Below are positions 8,807 to 17,941 of a stretch of 32,000 nucleotides of DNA, piece by piece. Source of the DNA: Acidothermus cellulolyticus 11B (GTDB lineage Bacteria; Actinomycetota; Actinomycetes; Acidothermales; Acidothermaceae); the NCBI RefSeq assembly GCF_000015025.1, contig NC_008578.1, positions 1,020,001-1,052,000 on the forward strand. The letters are read 5' to 3'. Made by a program: the position numbers and the translations under genes. Position 1 is the first letter of the stretch. Every line of letters starts with the position of its first letter. The notes below the pieces were generated by a model, which saw only the letters and a list, made by a program, of their open reading frames with translations, was not told the DNA's origin and ran no database searches.

Positions 8807-9697
8807 ATGGCGCGACGCCTCGCGAGTCGCTGGAAAAATGAACGAGTGGACGTCACCCACCCGCCACACCCCGGCCGATCCCATCAGGCGGCGTCCGGTG
8901 ACCCGACCCTGACGGTCGCGACGGCGGCCCCATCCGTCGCCACGGGAGCCACCCGACGGGTCCTGCGCGCCGAAGTCTGGCTCGTCTTCGCGCTCAGCCT
9001 GGGTGCGAGCGGCGTCGGCGCCCTGCTCAGTCTGATCGACGATCTGACCAAGCGGCGTCCATTGGCCGTGCAGCATGCTGTCCTCAACGGCTCGGTCACC
9101 CCGGATCGGCCGTGGTTGGACCTGGCATTCCAGCTTTTTGGCATCGCCACCGGGCTCGTCCCGGTCTTTCTCGTCGCCCACTTTCTGCACCGCAACCGGG
9201 AATCCCTGGGCACCCTCGGCATCGACCGGCGTCGTCTCGGTTGGGACGTCGGTTGGGGTGCCGGGCTCGCCGCCGGCGTCGGCGGTGCCGGGCTCGCTCT
9301 GTACATCGCGGCGCACGCCGCCGGCATCAATCTGGTCGTCGTACCGACGACGCTCGGGCCGCACTGGTGGCGAATTCCTGTGTTACTGGCATCCGCCGCG
9401 CAGAACGGCATCTACGAAGAAACCCTCGTCAGCGGATATCTCCTGCACCGATTACGGCAATTCGGCTGGCGGGACGGGCCGTCGCTCGGACTGGCGGCGG
9501 TGCTTCGCGGTTCGTACCACCTCTATCAAGGATTCGGCGGATTTCTCGGGAATTTCGCGATGGGTCTCATTTTCGGCCGGGTCTATCAACGGACCGGGCG
9601 CACCCTGCCGCTGATAATCGCCCATGCGCTAATGGACGCCGCTACCTTCGTCGGCTACATTTACCTGGCCGGCAAGGTGTCGTGGCTGCCGCGCTGA
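8807..9697 (+). CDS. CPBP family intramembrane glutamic endopeptidase (CAAX protease / Abi family)
   Basis: Motif 1 is IYEETLVSGYLLHRL (EExxxR). Motif 2 is GSYHLYQG..FLGNFAMGLIFG. Motif 3 is IIAHALMDA. The protein has multiple TM helices and starts at an ATG 9 nt after the cyclase stop. Confidence 0.9.
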   Translation: MARRLASRWKNERVDVTHPPHPGRSHQAASGDPTLTVATAAPSVATGATRRVLRAEVWLVFALSLGASGVGALLSLIDDLTKRRPLAVQHAVLNGSVTPDRPWLDLAFQLFGIATGLVPVFLVAHFLHRNRESLGTLGIDRRRLGWDVGWGAGLAAGVGGAGLALYIAAHAAGINLVVVPTTLGPHWWRIPVLLASAAQNGIYEETLVSGYLLHRLRQFGWRDGPSLGLAAVLRGSYHLYQGFGGFLGNFAMGLIFGRVYQRTGRTLPLIIAHALMDAATFVGYIYLAGKVSWLPR

Positions 9698-9756
9698 TCG
9701 GTGCCGCGTGTTCGGCGCCATGCGGCGGCGAGAAAATGCGAGGACGGCGCCGGAAT

Positions 9757-10656
9757 TCAGGAACCGGAGGCGACCAACTCGCGGACCGCGGATTCGACGT
9801 CCGGGTAACCAAATGTGAACCCGGCATCGAGCAGCCGGCGGGGAATGACCCGCTGACTCACGAGCAGAAGCTGGGCCATCTCGCCGAGCAGGAGGCGCAA
9901 CGCCGGCGCGGGAACCGAAAGAAGAGCAGGACGGCGCACCGCCCGGGCAATCGCCGCGGTGTACTCGGCGTTCGTCACCGGCTGGGGTGCGGTCAGATTC
10001 ACCGGCCCCGACAGGTCGGAATCCAGAAGAAAACGCAGCGCGGCGACGTGGTCGGGCCGGGCGATCCAGCTCACCCACTGCCGGCCGGTCCCGAGCCGGG
10101 CGCCGAGCCCGAGCCGGAAGAGCGGGAGAACACGCGCCAGTGCCCCGCCACGGGTGGAGAGCACGATCCCGCTGCGGACGTGCACCGTCCGGATACCGGC
10201 GAGCCGCGCGGGGGCCGCGGCCTCCTCCCATTCGCGGCAGACGTTGGCAAGAAAATCCGAGCCCGGCGGGCCGTTCTCGTCAGTCTCCCGGTCCCCGGTG
10301 TCGCCATACCAGCCGATGGCCGACGCGACAAGGAAAACCCGCGGCGGTGCAGCCAGCCCGGCTAACGTCTCCGCCAATATCCGGGTGGTCTCGACGCGGC
10401 TCGCGCGGATTTCGCGTTTGTAGGACGTCGTCCAGAATCGGTCGCCGAGCCCCGCGCCTGACAGGTGCACAACGGCGTCGACGCCGTCCACGACTTTCGG
10501 GTCCGGACCGCGGCCGGCCTGCGGGTCCCAACCGACCTCGTCAGCCTGCTGAACAGCCCGGCGTACCAGACGCTGCACGCTGACGCCGTCGGCGCGCAAC
10601 GACCGGACCAGTGCCGAGCCGATGAGCCCGGAGGCGCCGGAGACAAGGACTCTCAT
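9757..10656 (-). CDS. TIGR01777-family NAD-dependent epimerase-like oxidoreductase (Rv2216 / YfcH-like, DUF1731 C-terminus)
   Basis: The Rossmann motif MRVLVSGASGLIGSAL is present. I trimmed the 391-aa ORF to the ATG at 10656, which is 13 nt downstream of the E2 stop. The position downstream of dlaT is the same as in mycobacteria. Confidence 0.88.
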   Translation of the reverse strand: MRVLVSGASGLIGSALVRSLRADGVSVQRLVRRAVQQADEVGWDPQAGRGPDPKVVDGVDAVVHLSGAGLGDRFWTTSYKREIRASRVETTRILAETLAGLAAPPRVFLVASAIGWYGDTGDRETDENGPPGSDFLANVCREWEEAAAPARLAGIRTVHVRSGIVLSTRGGALARVLPLFRLGLGARLGTGRQWVSWIARPDHVAALRFLLDSDLSGPVNLTAPQPVTNAEYTAAIARAVRRPALLSVPAPALRLLLGEMAQLLLVSQRVIPRRLLDAGFTFGYPDVESAVRELVASGS

Positions 10657-10669
10657 GGTCCGGCTCCCA

Positions 10670-12100
10670 TCAGTGTCCGACGTCCGGCTCGAATCGGCCC
10701 TCTTCGAGCCGTGCCCGGACGGTGGCGAGAAAAGCTGCAGCCTCCCCGCCGTCGACCAACCGCTGATCGTACGTGAGGGCGAGGTGGACGATGGACCGAA
10801 TCGCGATGGTCTCCCCAAGTTCGGGATCGTCGACGACAACCGGGCGTTTGACGACCGCGCCGATGCCCAGCACGCCGACCTGCGGCGGCACGAGAATCGG
10901 TGTGTCGAACAGAACCCCATGCCGGCCGGCATTCGTCAGTGTGAACGTGCCGCCGGTGAGCTCGTCCGGCGTGACCCGTCCGGCGCGGGCCCGTTCGGCG
11001 AGATCCGCGACTCGTTTCGCCAACCCGGCAAGGCTCAGGTCGCCGGCGTTGTGGATGACCGGGAACAGCAGGCCGCGTTCGGTGTCCACCGCGATGCCGA
11101 GATTCTCGATGTCGTGGTAGGTGACGGTGCCTGCGTCCGTGTCAATGCTTGCGTTGAGTTTCGGATGCTGCTTGAGCGCTTCAATTGCCGCAAGGGCGAA
11201 AAACGGGAAGAAGGATAACCGGACGCCTTCCCGTGCTTCGAAATCCTTCTTCACCGCGTCGCGAAGCCTGGCAATTTTCGTGACATCGGCTTCGACGACC
11301 GCGGTGAGTTGAGCGGATGTCCGCAACGATTCGACCGCGCGGGCGGCAATGACGGCGCGCAACCGCGACAGCGGTTCGGTTCGGCCGCGCAGCTGCGGCG
11401 CCGTCGCGGATTGGACGGGTTGCTTCGCATACCGCGCCTCTGCGGCCGCCAGTACATCCTGCTTGCGGATTCGACCGCCGACCCCGGTCCCGGTCAGGCG
11501 GGTCAAGTCAACACCGTGTTCGGCCGCCAGGCGCCGAACCAACGGTGTGACATAAGGGGTCTCGGCGCTGGGCGCTTCGGTCGGCTCGGGTGGTGCAGCG
11601 GCGGCCGCCCCGGGCTGGCTGGGGATTTCCGGGGGTGCCGCCGGGGGCGGTGCCTCGGCCGGGACCGCGGCCGGGGTCGGGGCCGAGGCTTCCGCCGCAG
11701 CCGGAGCCGGCCCGGTCATAGCGCCTGGGGGAGCGGCAGACGGGACGGGAGCCGGAGCTGTCACGGCGCCCGGTGCAGCGGCGGCTGCGTCCGGCGTGGA
11801 GGCTGCCGGCGGCGCGGGAGCAGCGGCTGTAGCGGCCTCGGGCGGGGGAGCGGCCGCGCCGTCCGCGTCATCGATGACGGCAAGTTCGGCGCCGACCTGC
11901 ACGGTTTCGTCTTCGCGGACCCGGATTTCGCGGAGCACACCGGATGCCGGCGCGGGAATTTCGGTGTCCACTTTGTCGGTCGAGACTTCGACGAGGGGTT
12001 CGTCGGCGACGACGCGGTCACCGGCCTTCTTCAGCCAGCGGGTGACAGTGCCTTCCGTGACGCTCTCGCCAAGGCGGGGCATGGTGACGACGACCGGCAT
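10670..12100 (-). CDS. sucB: Dihydrolipoamide acyltransferase E2 component (single lipoyl domain, long Ala/Pro linker, PSBD, catalytic domain)
   Basis: The lipoyl-lysine motif is [15 protein letters not shown]. The peripheral subunit-binding domain is [32 protein letters not shown]. The catalytic domain ends [19 protein letters not shown]. The usual DHR histidine is Gln, encoded by CAG (+ strand ctg at 10763-10765). Confidence 0.95.
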   Translation of the reverse strand: MPVVVTMPRLGESVTEGTVTRWLKKAGDRVVADEPLVEVSTDKVDTEIPAPASGVLREIRVREDETVQVGAELAVIDDADGAAAPPPEAATAAAPAPPAASTPDAAAAAPGAVTAPAPVPSAAPPGAMTGPAPAAAEASAPTPAAVPAEAPPPAAPPEIPSQPGAAAAAPPEPTEAPSAETPYVTPLVRRLAAEHGVDLTRLTGTGVGGRIRKQDVLAAAEARYAKQPVQSATAPQLRGRTEPLSRLRAVIAARAVESLRTSAQLTAVVEADVTKIARLRDAVKKDFEAREGVRLSFFPFFALAAIEALKQHPKLNASIDTDAGTVTYHDIENLGIAVDTERGLLFPVIHNAGDLSLAGLAKRVADLAERARAGRVTPDELTGGTFTLTNAGRHGVLFDTPILVPPQVGVLGIGAVVKRPVVVDDPELGETIAIRSIVHLALTYDQRLVDGGEAAAFLATVRARLEEGRFEPDVGH

Positions 12101-12145
12101 CGGCTGCTCCTCGACGACATCGACTACACCGTGAACCTTCCCTGC

Positions 12146-13525
12146 TCACCCGTGCACATGCAACGGTTTCCCAGCCAGCGCAAGATGCGCCTCACCGATC
12201 GCCTCGCTCTGCGTCGGATGCGGATGAATGAGCTGGGCGACCTCGCTGGGCAGCGCTTCCCAGTTGTAAATGAGCTGGGCTTCGGCGATGAGCTCACCAA
12301 CCCGGGAACCGACCGCGTGGATGCCGACCACGGGTCCATCCGGTACGGCGACGACTTTGACGGCGCCGGAGGTCCGCAGGATCTGGCTGCGCCCGTTCCC
12401 GGCCAGATCGTAGACGAACGTCTTGACCTCGCCGTATTTCTGCCGTGCCGCAGCCTCGGTGAGCCCCACCGATGCGACCTCGGGCTCGGAGTACGTGATA
12501 CGGGGAACGCCGTCGTAGTCGATCGGCACCGGTGCGAGATTCCCCAGCCGCTCCGCGACGAGAATCCCTTCGGCGAAACCGACATGCGCAAGCTGGAGGG
12601 TGGGAATGAGGTCACCCACGGCGGAGATCGTCGGGACGTTGGTCCGGCAATACTCGTCGACGGTGACGAATCCGCGATCCATGCGCACGCCGGCCTCCTC
12701 GTAGCCGAGGCCGGCGGAAACCGGTCCGCGGCCGACCGCCACCAGAAGGTATTCAGCTTCCAGTGTCTTTCCGCCGGCGAGGGTGACCGTCACCCCGGTA
12801 TCCGTGGTTTTCACGGCCTCAAACCGTGCCCCGAGTTCGAAAGTGATGCCGCGGCGCCGGAACGCACGCTCCAGAAGTTTTGAGCTGTCCTCGTCTTCGG
12901 TCGGCAGCAAATGCGGCAACATTTCCACGATGGTGACCTCGGCGCCGAACGACCGCCAAATACTGGCGAATTCGACACCGATGACGCCGCCGCCGAGAAT
13001 AACGACAGATTTCGGGATGCGGTCGAGGGTGAGGGCGTGGTCGCTGGTGATGACGCGTTCGCCGTCAATCTCCAAACCAGGGAGGCTCTTCGGCTGAGAG
13101 CCGGTGGCCAGGATGACGTGCCGGCCCTCGTAACGCCGGCCGTCCACCTCAACCGCGGTCGGGGCGGCGAGCCGACCGCTTCCCTCCACGTAGGTGATCT
13201 GACGGCTCTTGATGAGGCCCTGCAAACCCCGCCACAGCCGGTTGACGACACCGTTTTTGTACTGGTGGACCGCGTCGACGTCAATTCCCTCGAATGTGGC
13301 CCGCACACCGAAAGTCGCGGCTTCCCGCGCCTGGTCGGCAATTTCCGCGGCGTGCAACAACGCCTTCGTCGGAATGCATCCGCGGTGCAGACACGTGCCG
13401 CCTACCTTGTCTTTCTCGACCAGTGCGACACGCATGCCGAGCTCCGCGGCGCGCAGTGCCGCTGCGTACCCACCGCTGCCTCCGCCCAGAATGACCAGGT
13501 CGAATACGTCGGACTGTTCAGCCAC
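12146..13525 (-). CDS. lpdA: Dihydrolipoyl dehydrogenase (E3)
   Basis: FAD motif LVILGGGSGGY, redox disulfide GGTCLHRGCIPTK and C-terminal HPHPTQSE are present. The GTG start at 13525 is preceded by AAGGAG. Confidence 0.95.
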   Translation of the reverse strand: MAEQSDVFDLVILGGGSGGYAAALRAAELGMRVALVEKDKVGGTCLHRGCIPTKALLHAAEIADQAREAATFGVRATFEGIDVDAVHQYKNGVVNRLWRGLQGLIKSRQITYVEGSGRLAAPTAVEVDGRRYEGRHVILATGSQPKSLPGLEIDGERVITSDHALTLDRIPKSVVILGGGVIGVEFASIWRSFGAEVTIVEMLPHLLPTEDEDSSKLLERAFRRRGITFELGARFEAVKTTDTGVTVTLAGGKTLEAEYLLVAVGRGPVSAGLGYEEAGVRMDRGFVTVDEYCRTNVPTISAVGDLIPTLQLAHVGFAEGILVAERLGNLAPVPIDYDGVPRITYSEPEVASVGLTEAAARQKYGEVKTFVYDLAGNGRSQILRTSGAVKVVAVPDGPVVGIHAVGSRVGELIAEAQLIYNWEALPSEVAQLIHPHPTQSEAIGEAHLALAGKPLHVHG

Positions 13526-13602
13526 CGCACAAGCTCCTTCTTTGTGAGCGTCCTCTCAGTGAGCCAAGCGGGCCCCGGAGGCGCCGCGCCAGGCGCTCGA
13601 GG

Positions 13603-15216
13603 TCATCCTCGCACGCGCGCAGGAGACCGAGCGGAGGCACCTGGACGCCGGGCCGCCGGCTCGCCCAGCCGCCGATGACCGGCCGGCCGGGCGGAACCGT
13701 CCTCGGCGGCCGAAACCACACGTTCGACGAAACGCACCAAGGTGCGCACCCCGAAACCCGTGCCGCCTCTTGGCGTATAACCAAACGGCTCACCCGTGTT
13801 GAACGCGGGCCCGGCGATGTCCAGATGCGCCCAGGGGATCGGGCCGTCGTTGCGTCGTCCAACAAATTCCGCGAGAAAAACCCCGGCGGTCAGCATCCCG
13901 CCCAGCGGCTCGCCCATATTCGCGATGTCTGCCACCGGTGATTCCAACGCCTTGCGCAGTTCGCGGGGGAGCGGCATCGGCCAGAGTGCTTCTCCCGCAG
14001 CGGCCGCTGCGGCAAGGAGTGCGTCGCGGGTCGGATCGTCATTCGCCATCACCGCACCGACCCTCGTGCCAAGGGCGGTAATCTGCGCGCCGGTCAGCGT
14101 GGCGATGTCGACGATGACATCCGGCTGCTCCTCGCTCGCCCGCGCCAGGGCGTCAGCCAGCACCAGCCGGCCTTCCGCGTCGGTATTGAGCACCTCGACC
14201 GTGGTCCCGCCGTAGGTCCGCAACACGTCCGACGGTCGTTGTGCTGAACCGGACGGCATGTTCTCGGCAAGCGGCAGCCACGCGACCACGTGCGCGGGCA
14301 CGTTCAGCCGGGCGACAGCCAGGGTGGCGGCGGCGACGGCGGCCGCGCCGGCCATGTCGGATTTCATCACCGGCATCGAGGCGTTTGCCGGCACCAGCGC
14401 CGACGGTTTGAGCGACAGGCCGCCGGAATCGAACGTGATTCCCTTTCCGGCGAGGGCAATGCGACGGCGGGCGCGTGGATGCCGGTATTCAAGCCGGACC
14501 AATCGCGGCGGGTGAATCGATCCCTGGCCCACCCCGATGAGGCCGCCGTAACCGCCTTGACGGAGAGCGCGCTCGTCGAGCACCGTGACGTCGAGGCCGA
14601 GCTCGGCCGCTTCGGCGTCGACCAGCTCCGCGAAACGCTGCGGAAAGAGATCCGCCGGCGGTGTGTTCACCCAGTCCCGGGCCCGGTTGACCGCGCTCGC
14701 GAGCAGTTCCGCGCGGGCGACGGCGCGCCGTACCGAGCCGCTGGACCCGCCTGGCAGCAGGATGATCTCCGGGCTCGGGCGCCGTTGCGCGCGGTAGCGG
14801 TCGAACGTGTACGCGCCGAGGAGTGCGCCTTCGGCAATGGCGGCGACGGACGCCGAGTGGTCGGCGTCGCCGTCCGGCAGCGCGAGCGCCACCGAGCGGA
14901 CCGGCAGATCACGCACGGCAGCCCCGGCGGCTTGGCGAAGGGTCTCAACGCTAACGCCTTGACGGGTGCGATCACCCAGCCCGACGACGACCAGCAGCGG
15001 CGCCGTGTAACGGGCAGGGGCCGGCAGCCGGAGACATTCCCCAAGCCGGCCTGTTGCGCCGATCCGGCCAAGCGCCGTGGCAATCTCGGCGGCGTGGGGC
15101 GGCTCCGGACCGCCGACGACCACCAAGCGGCCCGCCGACGTCCGCTGCGCACCCACGACGACCGCATCGACGCGAAGCTGATCGGGTGGGGCGGTGAAAA
15201 AGCGCAACCGGGGCAC
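13603..15216 (-). CDS. pepA: Leucyl aminopeptidase (M17 family)
   Basis: The M17 signature NTDAEGRLVLADAL is present, along with GKGITFDSGG and MKSDMAGAA. The start is GTG at 15216. There is an Arg/Pro-rich C-terminal tail of about 30 aa beyond the usual end. Confidence 0.92.
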   Translation of the reverse strand: MPRLRFFTAPPDQLRVDAVVVGAQRTSAGRLVVVGGPEPPHAAEIATALGRIGATGRLGECLRLPAPARYTAPLLVVVGLGDRTRQGVSVETLRQAAGAAVRDLPVRSVALALPDGDADHSASVAAIAEGALLGAYTFDRYRAQRRPSPEIILLPGGSSGSVRRAVARAELLASAVNRARDWVNTPPADLFPQRFAELVDAEAAELGLDVTVLDERALRQGGYGGLIGVGQGSIHPPRLVRLEYRHPRARRRIALAGKGITFDSGGLSLKPSALVPANASMPVMKSDMAGAAAVAAATLAVARLNVPAHVVAWLPLAENMPSGSAQRPSDVLRTYGGTTVEVLNTDAEGRLVLADALARASEEQPDVIVDIATLTGAQITALGTRVGAVMANDDPTRDALLAAAAAAGEALWPMPLPRELRKALESPVADIANMGEPLGGMLTAGVFLAEFVGRRNDGPIPWAHLDIAGPAFNTGEPFGYTPRGGTGFGVRTLVRFVERVVSAAEDGSARPAGHRRLGEPAARRPGASARSPARVRG

Positions 15217-15367
15217 GGGCGGATGCTATCCCAGGGGCGACGGCCGGGAGCTCTCCGGCGATGAGTAGCCTCGGCCTGCACCGACGGTGACCGCGCGGTC
15301 GTGGACCAGCGGAAGCCGCATCGGCGTGAACCGGCGGAAGCCCCTGCTGAGCGGAGAGGGCACGAGC

Positions 15368-15886
15368 GTGGTCGAACGGATCGTCTTGGTCGGCATGATG
15401 GGCGCCGGTAAATCAACCGTCGGCCGGGCACTTGCCGACCGGCTGAACTGGTCGTACCTCGACAACGACGAGGTGGTCGCGAAGCTCACCGGGTTGCCGA
15501 CCCGCGAGCTCCTTGCCCAGCGGGGTGTCGCGGGGCTGCGCGCCGCCGAGTCCCGGGCCGTCGACGAGGTGCTCGCCGCCCCACCGCCGTTGGTTGCCGG
15601 AGCAGCGGCCGGCATTGTCGAAGACGAGGCGGCGTGCGCCCGGCTGCGGGCCGGCGCGTATGTGGTCTACCTGAGGGCCCGGCTCGAGACCCTCGTCGAG
15701 CGGGTCACAGGTACCGACCGGCCTTGGCTGGGCGACGATCCGGCTGGTGCGCTACGGCGGCTGTACGCCGGTCGCGAGCCTCGCTACCAACAACTTGCGC
15801 ACCTCGTGGTCGACGTCGACGACCGGTCCGCCGACGACGTCGCAACAGCGATCATCAACGCGGCTGGGATCGGCGTAGGCCGCTGA
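15368..15886 (+). CDS. Shikimate kinase-family P-loop kinase (paralogue, substrate motif degenerate)
   Basis: Walker A is LVGMMGAGKSTVGRALA, followed by DND in place of DTD. The overall layout is SKI-family. The shikimate-binding GGG stretch is AGAAAG. I trimmed the ORF to the GTG at 15368, downstream of GGAGAGGG. Confidence 0.75.
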   Translation: MVERIVLVGMMGAGKSTVGRALADRLNWSYLDNDEVVAKLTGLPTRELLAQRGVAGLRAAESRAVDEVLAAPPPLVAGAAAGIVEDEAACARLRAGAYVVYLRARLETLVERVTGTDRPWLGDDPAGALRRLYAGREPRYQQLAHLVVDVDDRSADDVATAIINAAGIGVGR

Positions 15887-15907
15887 CCGTCGGGTGCGAC
15901 CGCGCGT

Positions 15908-15926
15908 GCCGGCCCGCCGGGCCGGC
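15908..15926. terminator. GC-rich hairpin between convergent genes (kinase paralogue / cobS)
   Basis: GCCGGCCC-GCC-GGGCCGGC forms an 8-bp perfect stem. It lies between the stops at 15886 (+) and 15968 (-). There is no U-tract. Confidence 0.3.
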
Positions 15927-15967
15927 TGATCGGGTGCCGGCGTTGCGGCCGGCGCTGGCGCGGTCGG

Positions 15968-16804
15968 CTAGGGGTGGCGGACGTCCAGGATCAGCAGGGC
16001 GGCCACCGTGGCCACCTCGCTGATGGCGCCGAGAACGTCACCGGTCACCCCGCCAAGCCGCCGTACCGCCCAGCGGCGGATCACCCAGCCGGACGCGACA
16101 GCAGTCACCACCGCGCCGGCGGCGCGGACCGCCGCAAAGGACGAGCCGGCTTCCGGATCCCAGCGCCCGAAGGCCGCAGCAGCAACGACCAGAGCGGCCG
16201 TCCAGCCGACTGCCGTCCACTTCGGGACGCTGCCGGCCGCCATCGCGCCCAATCCGGTGGGACGGGCGGCCGGCGTGCGCGGCGTACACCCCCAGAGCAT
16301 CGCCACCCGGCCGCTGACCACGGAGATCACGAGCGATTGGGTGCCGTGGTGGGCCCGCACCCCCAGCGTGAGCGCGGCGATCTCGATCACGAGCACGAGG
16401 ATCAGCGCGGCAGCACCGAGTGACCCCAGGCGGGCATCGGCCATGATCTCCAGGGTCCGGTCGCGAGGGGCCCGGCTTGCCCAGCCGTCGACGGTGTCCG
16501 CGAAGCCGTCGAGGTGCAATCCTCCGCTGACCAGCGCAGTCGCGGCTATGGCGAGAGCGGACGCCAAGGTGGCCGTCTCGACCGACGTTCCCGCCCCGGG
16601 CAGGTCGTGGATCGGGCTTGTGAACGCGACCCGGGCTGCCAGCAGGACCATCGCGCCGACTGCGGCGACCATCAGTCCGACCACAGGGGCCCAGGCCATG
16701 GCGGCGCGGACCTGCCGCCGGTCGGGTGGCGGAACCCGGCCGGCCGGGATGGCGGTGAGCAGGCTGACGGCGAGCCGCAATCCGCCGGGTGATCGGGCGG
16801 TCAC
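15968..16804 (-). CDS. cobS: Adenosylcobinamide-GDP ribazoletransferase (cobalamin synthase)
   Basis: Family motifs LRLAVSLLTAIP, GGLHLDGFADTVDG and GGVTGDVLGA are present in a polytopic membrane protein. The GTG start at 16804 overlaps the cobT stop as GTGA (16801-16804). Confidence 0.9.
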   Translation of the reverse strand: MTARSPGGLRLAVSLLTAIPAGRVPPPDRRQVRAAMAWAPVVGLMVAAVGAMVLLAARVAFTSPIHDLPGAGTSVETATLASALAIAATALVSGGLHLDGFADTVDGWASRAPRDRTLEIMADARLGSLGAAALILVLVIEIAALTLGVRAHHGTQSLVISVVSGRVAMLWGCTPRTPAARPTGLGAMAAGSVPKWTAVGWTAALVVAAAAFGRWDPEAGSSFAAVRAAGAVVTAVASGWVIRRWAVRRLGGVTGDVLGAISEVATVAALLILDVRHP

Positions 16805-17937
16805 GGTTCCGCGACCGCATTGGAACGGGTCGCACTGGCCCCCGGTGGGTGGTCGGCGCCGGTCGCCGGAGCCGAATCGTCCCGGCTTGCCCCCGGCGGC
16901 GGATACCGGCCGCTTACTCCAGCCGAAGCGAAGGTCGCCATGTGGGTGAGCGTAGCCGCCGCGGCCCGCAGTATCGGGACAGCGAGGAGCGCGCCGGTGC
17001 CTTCGCCCAGCCGGAGGCCGACGTCCAGGATCGGCGGAAGTCCGAGCTCGGCAAGCGCGATGGCATGCCCGGGCTCGGTCGACCGGTGACCGGCGACCCA
17101 CCACCGGCGTGCCCCCGGGGTGAGCCGTTCGGCCAGCAGCGCCGCCGCTCCGGTCACCACGCCGTCGAGCACCACCGGCGTACGACGATCAGCGGCCTCG
17201 GCAAGAAAACCAGCCATCGCCGCCAGATCTGCCCCGCCGATCGCCGCGACCAGGCGTACCGGGTCGTCCCGCCATGGCGTGCCCCGGCGAATCGCCGCCG
17301 TAACCATTGCGCGCTTGCGGGCGAATGCCTGGTCGTCGACGCCGGTGCCGCGGCCGGTAACCTCGCCGGCGGTCCGCCCGGTGAGGACGCCGATGAGCGC
17401 TGCCGCCGGAGTGGTGTTGCCGATCCCCATGTCCCCGGCGATCAGCAGGTCCGTACCCGCGTCGATCTCCTCGTCGGCGATGGCCCGGCCGGCCGCCATC
17501 GCCGTCACCGCCGTCTCAACGGGAATCGCGTCGGTGACGTCGATCCGTCCGGAGCCGTTCGCGACGTGCCATCGGCGGACGGCGTCCGGCCAGGGGTGAT
17601 CCCCGGCGACGGACACGTCGGCAACCCGCAGCCGCACCCCGGCCTGGCTCGCGAGGACGTTGGCCGCCGCACCCCCGGCGAGAAAGTTCGCCACCATCTG
17701 CGCGGTGACCGCGGGTGGGTACGCCGAGGCGCCGACCTCAGCAACCCCGTGATCACCAGCGAAGATGACCAGCGTGATCCGGTCGAGCGGGTCCGGCGGG
17801 CAGCGGCCTTGGACGCCGCAGAGCCAGATCGCCAGCTCTTCGAGGCGGCCGAGGGATCCTGCCGGCTTGGTCAGCTCCGCTTCCCGGCGGCGGGCCGCTT
17901 CGATGGCCGTTACATCAAGGTCAGGCGCCGTCCTCAC
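16801..17937 (-). CDS. cobT: Nicotinate-nucleotide--dimethylbenzimidazole phosphoribosyltransferase
   Basis: LTKPAGSLGRLEELA, VIFAGDHGV, GDMGIGNTT and LRLGEGTGA are present. The GTG start lies 4 nt after the cobU stop. There is a short Pro-rich C-terminal tail. Confidence 0.93.
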   Translation of the reverse strand: MRTAPDLDVTAIEAARRREAELTKPAGSLGRLEELAIWLCGVQGRCPPDPLDRITLVIFAGDHGVAEVGASAYPPAVTAQMVANFLAGGAAANVLASQAGVRLRVADVSVAGDHPWPDAVRRWHVANGSGRIDVTDAIPVETAVTAMAAGRAIADEEIDAGTDLLIAGDMGIGNTTPAAALIGVLTGRTAGEVTGRGTGVDDQAFARKRAMVTAAIRRGTPWRDDPVRLVAAIGGADLAAMAGFLAEAADRRTPVVLDGVVTGAAALLAERLTPGARRWWVAGHRSTEPGHAIALAELGLPPILDVGLRLGEGTGALLAVPILRAAAATLTHMATFASAGVSGRYPPPGASRDDSAPATGADHPPGASATRSNAVAEP

Positions 17938-17941
17938 GGGG

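Noticed and set aside
9711-9756. Hairpin between the convergent CPBP and TIGR01777 genes as a terminator
   Set aside because: The stem is only about 7 bp (CGGCGCC/GGCGCCG) with a loop of about 25 nt and no U-tract. This is too weak to call.
11309-12883. 524-aa + strand ORF
   Set aside because: It is antisense to the E2 (sucB) and E3 (lpd) genes. The translation is dominated by R/G/D runs. This is a GC-driven artefact.
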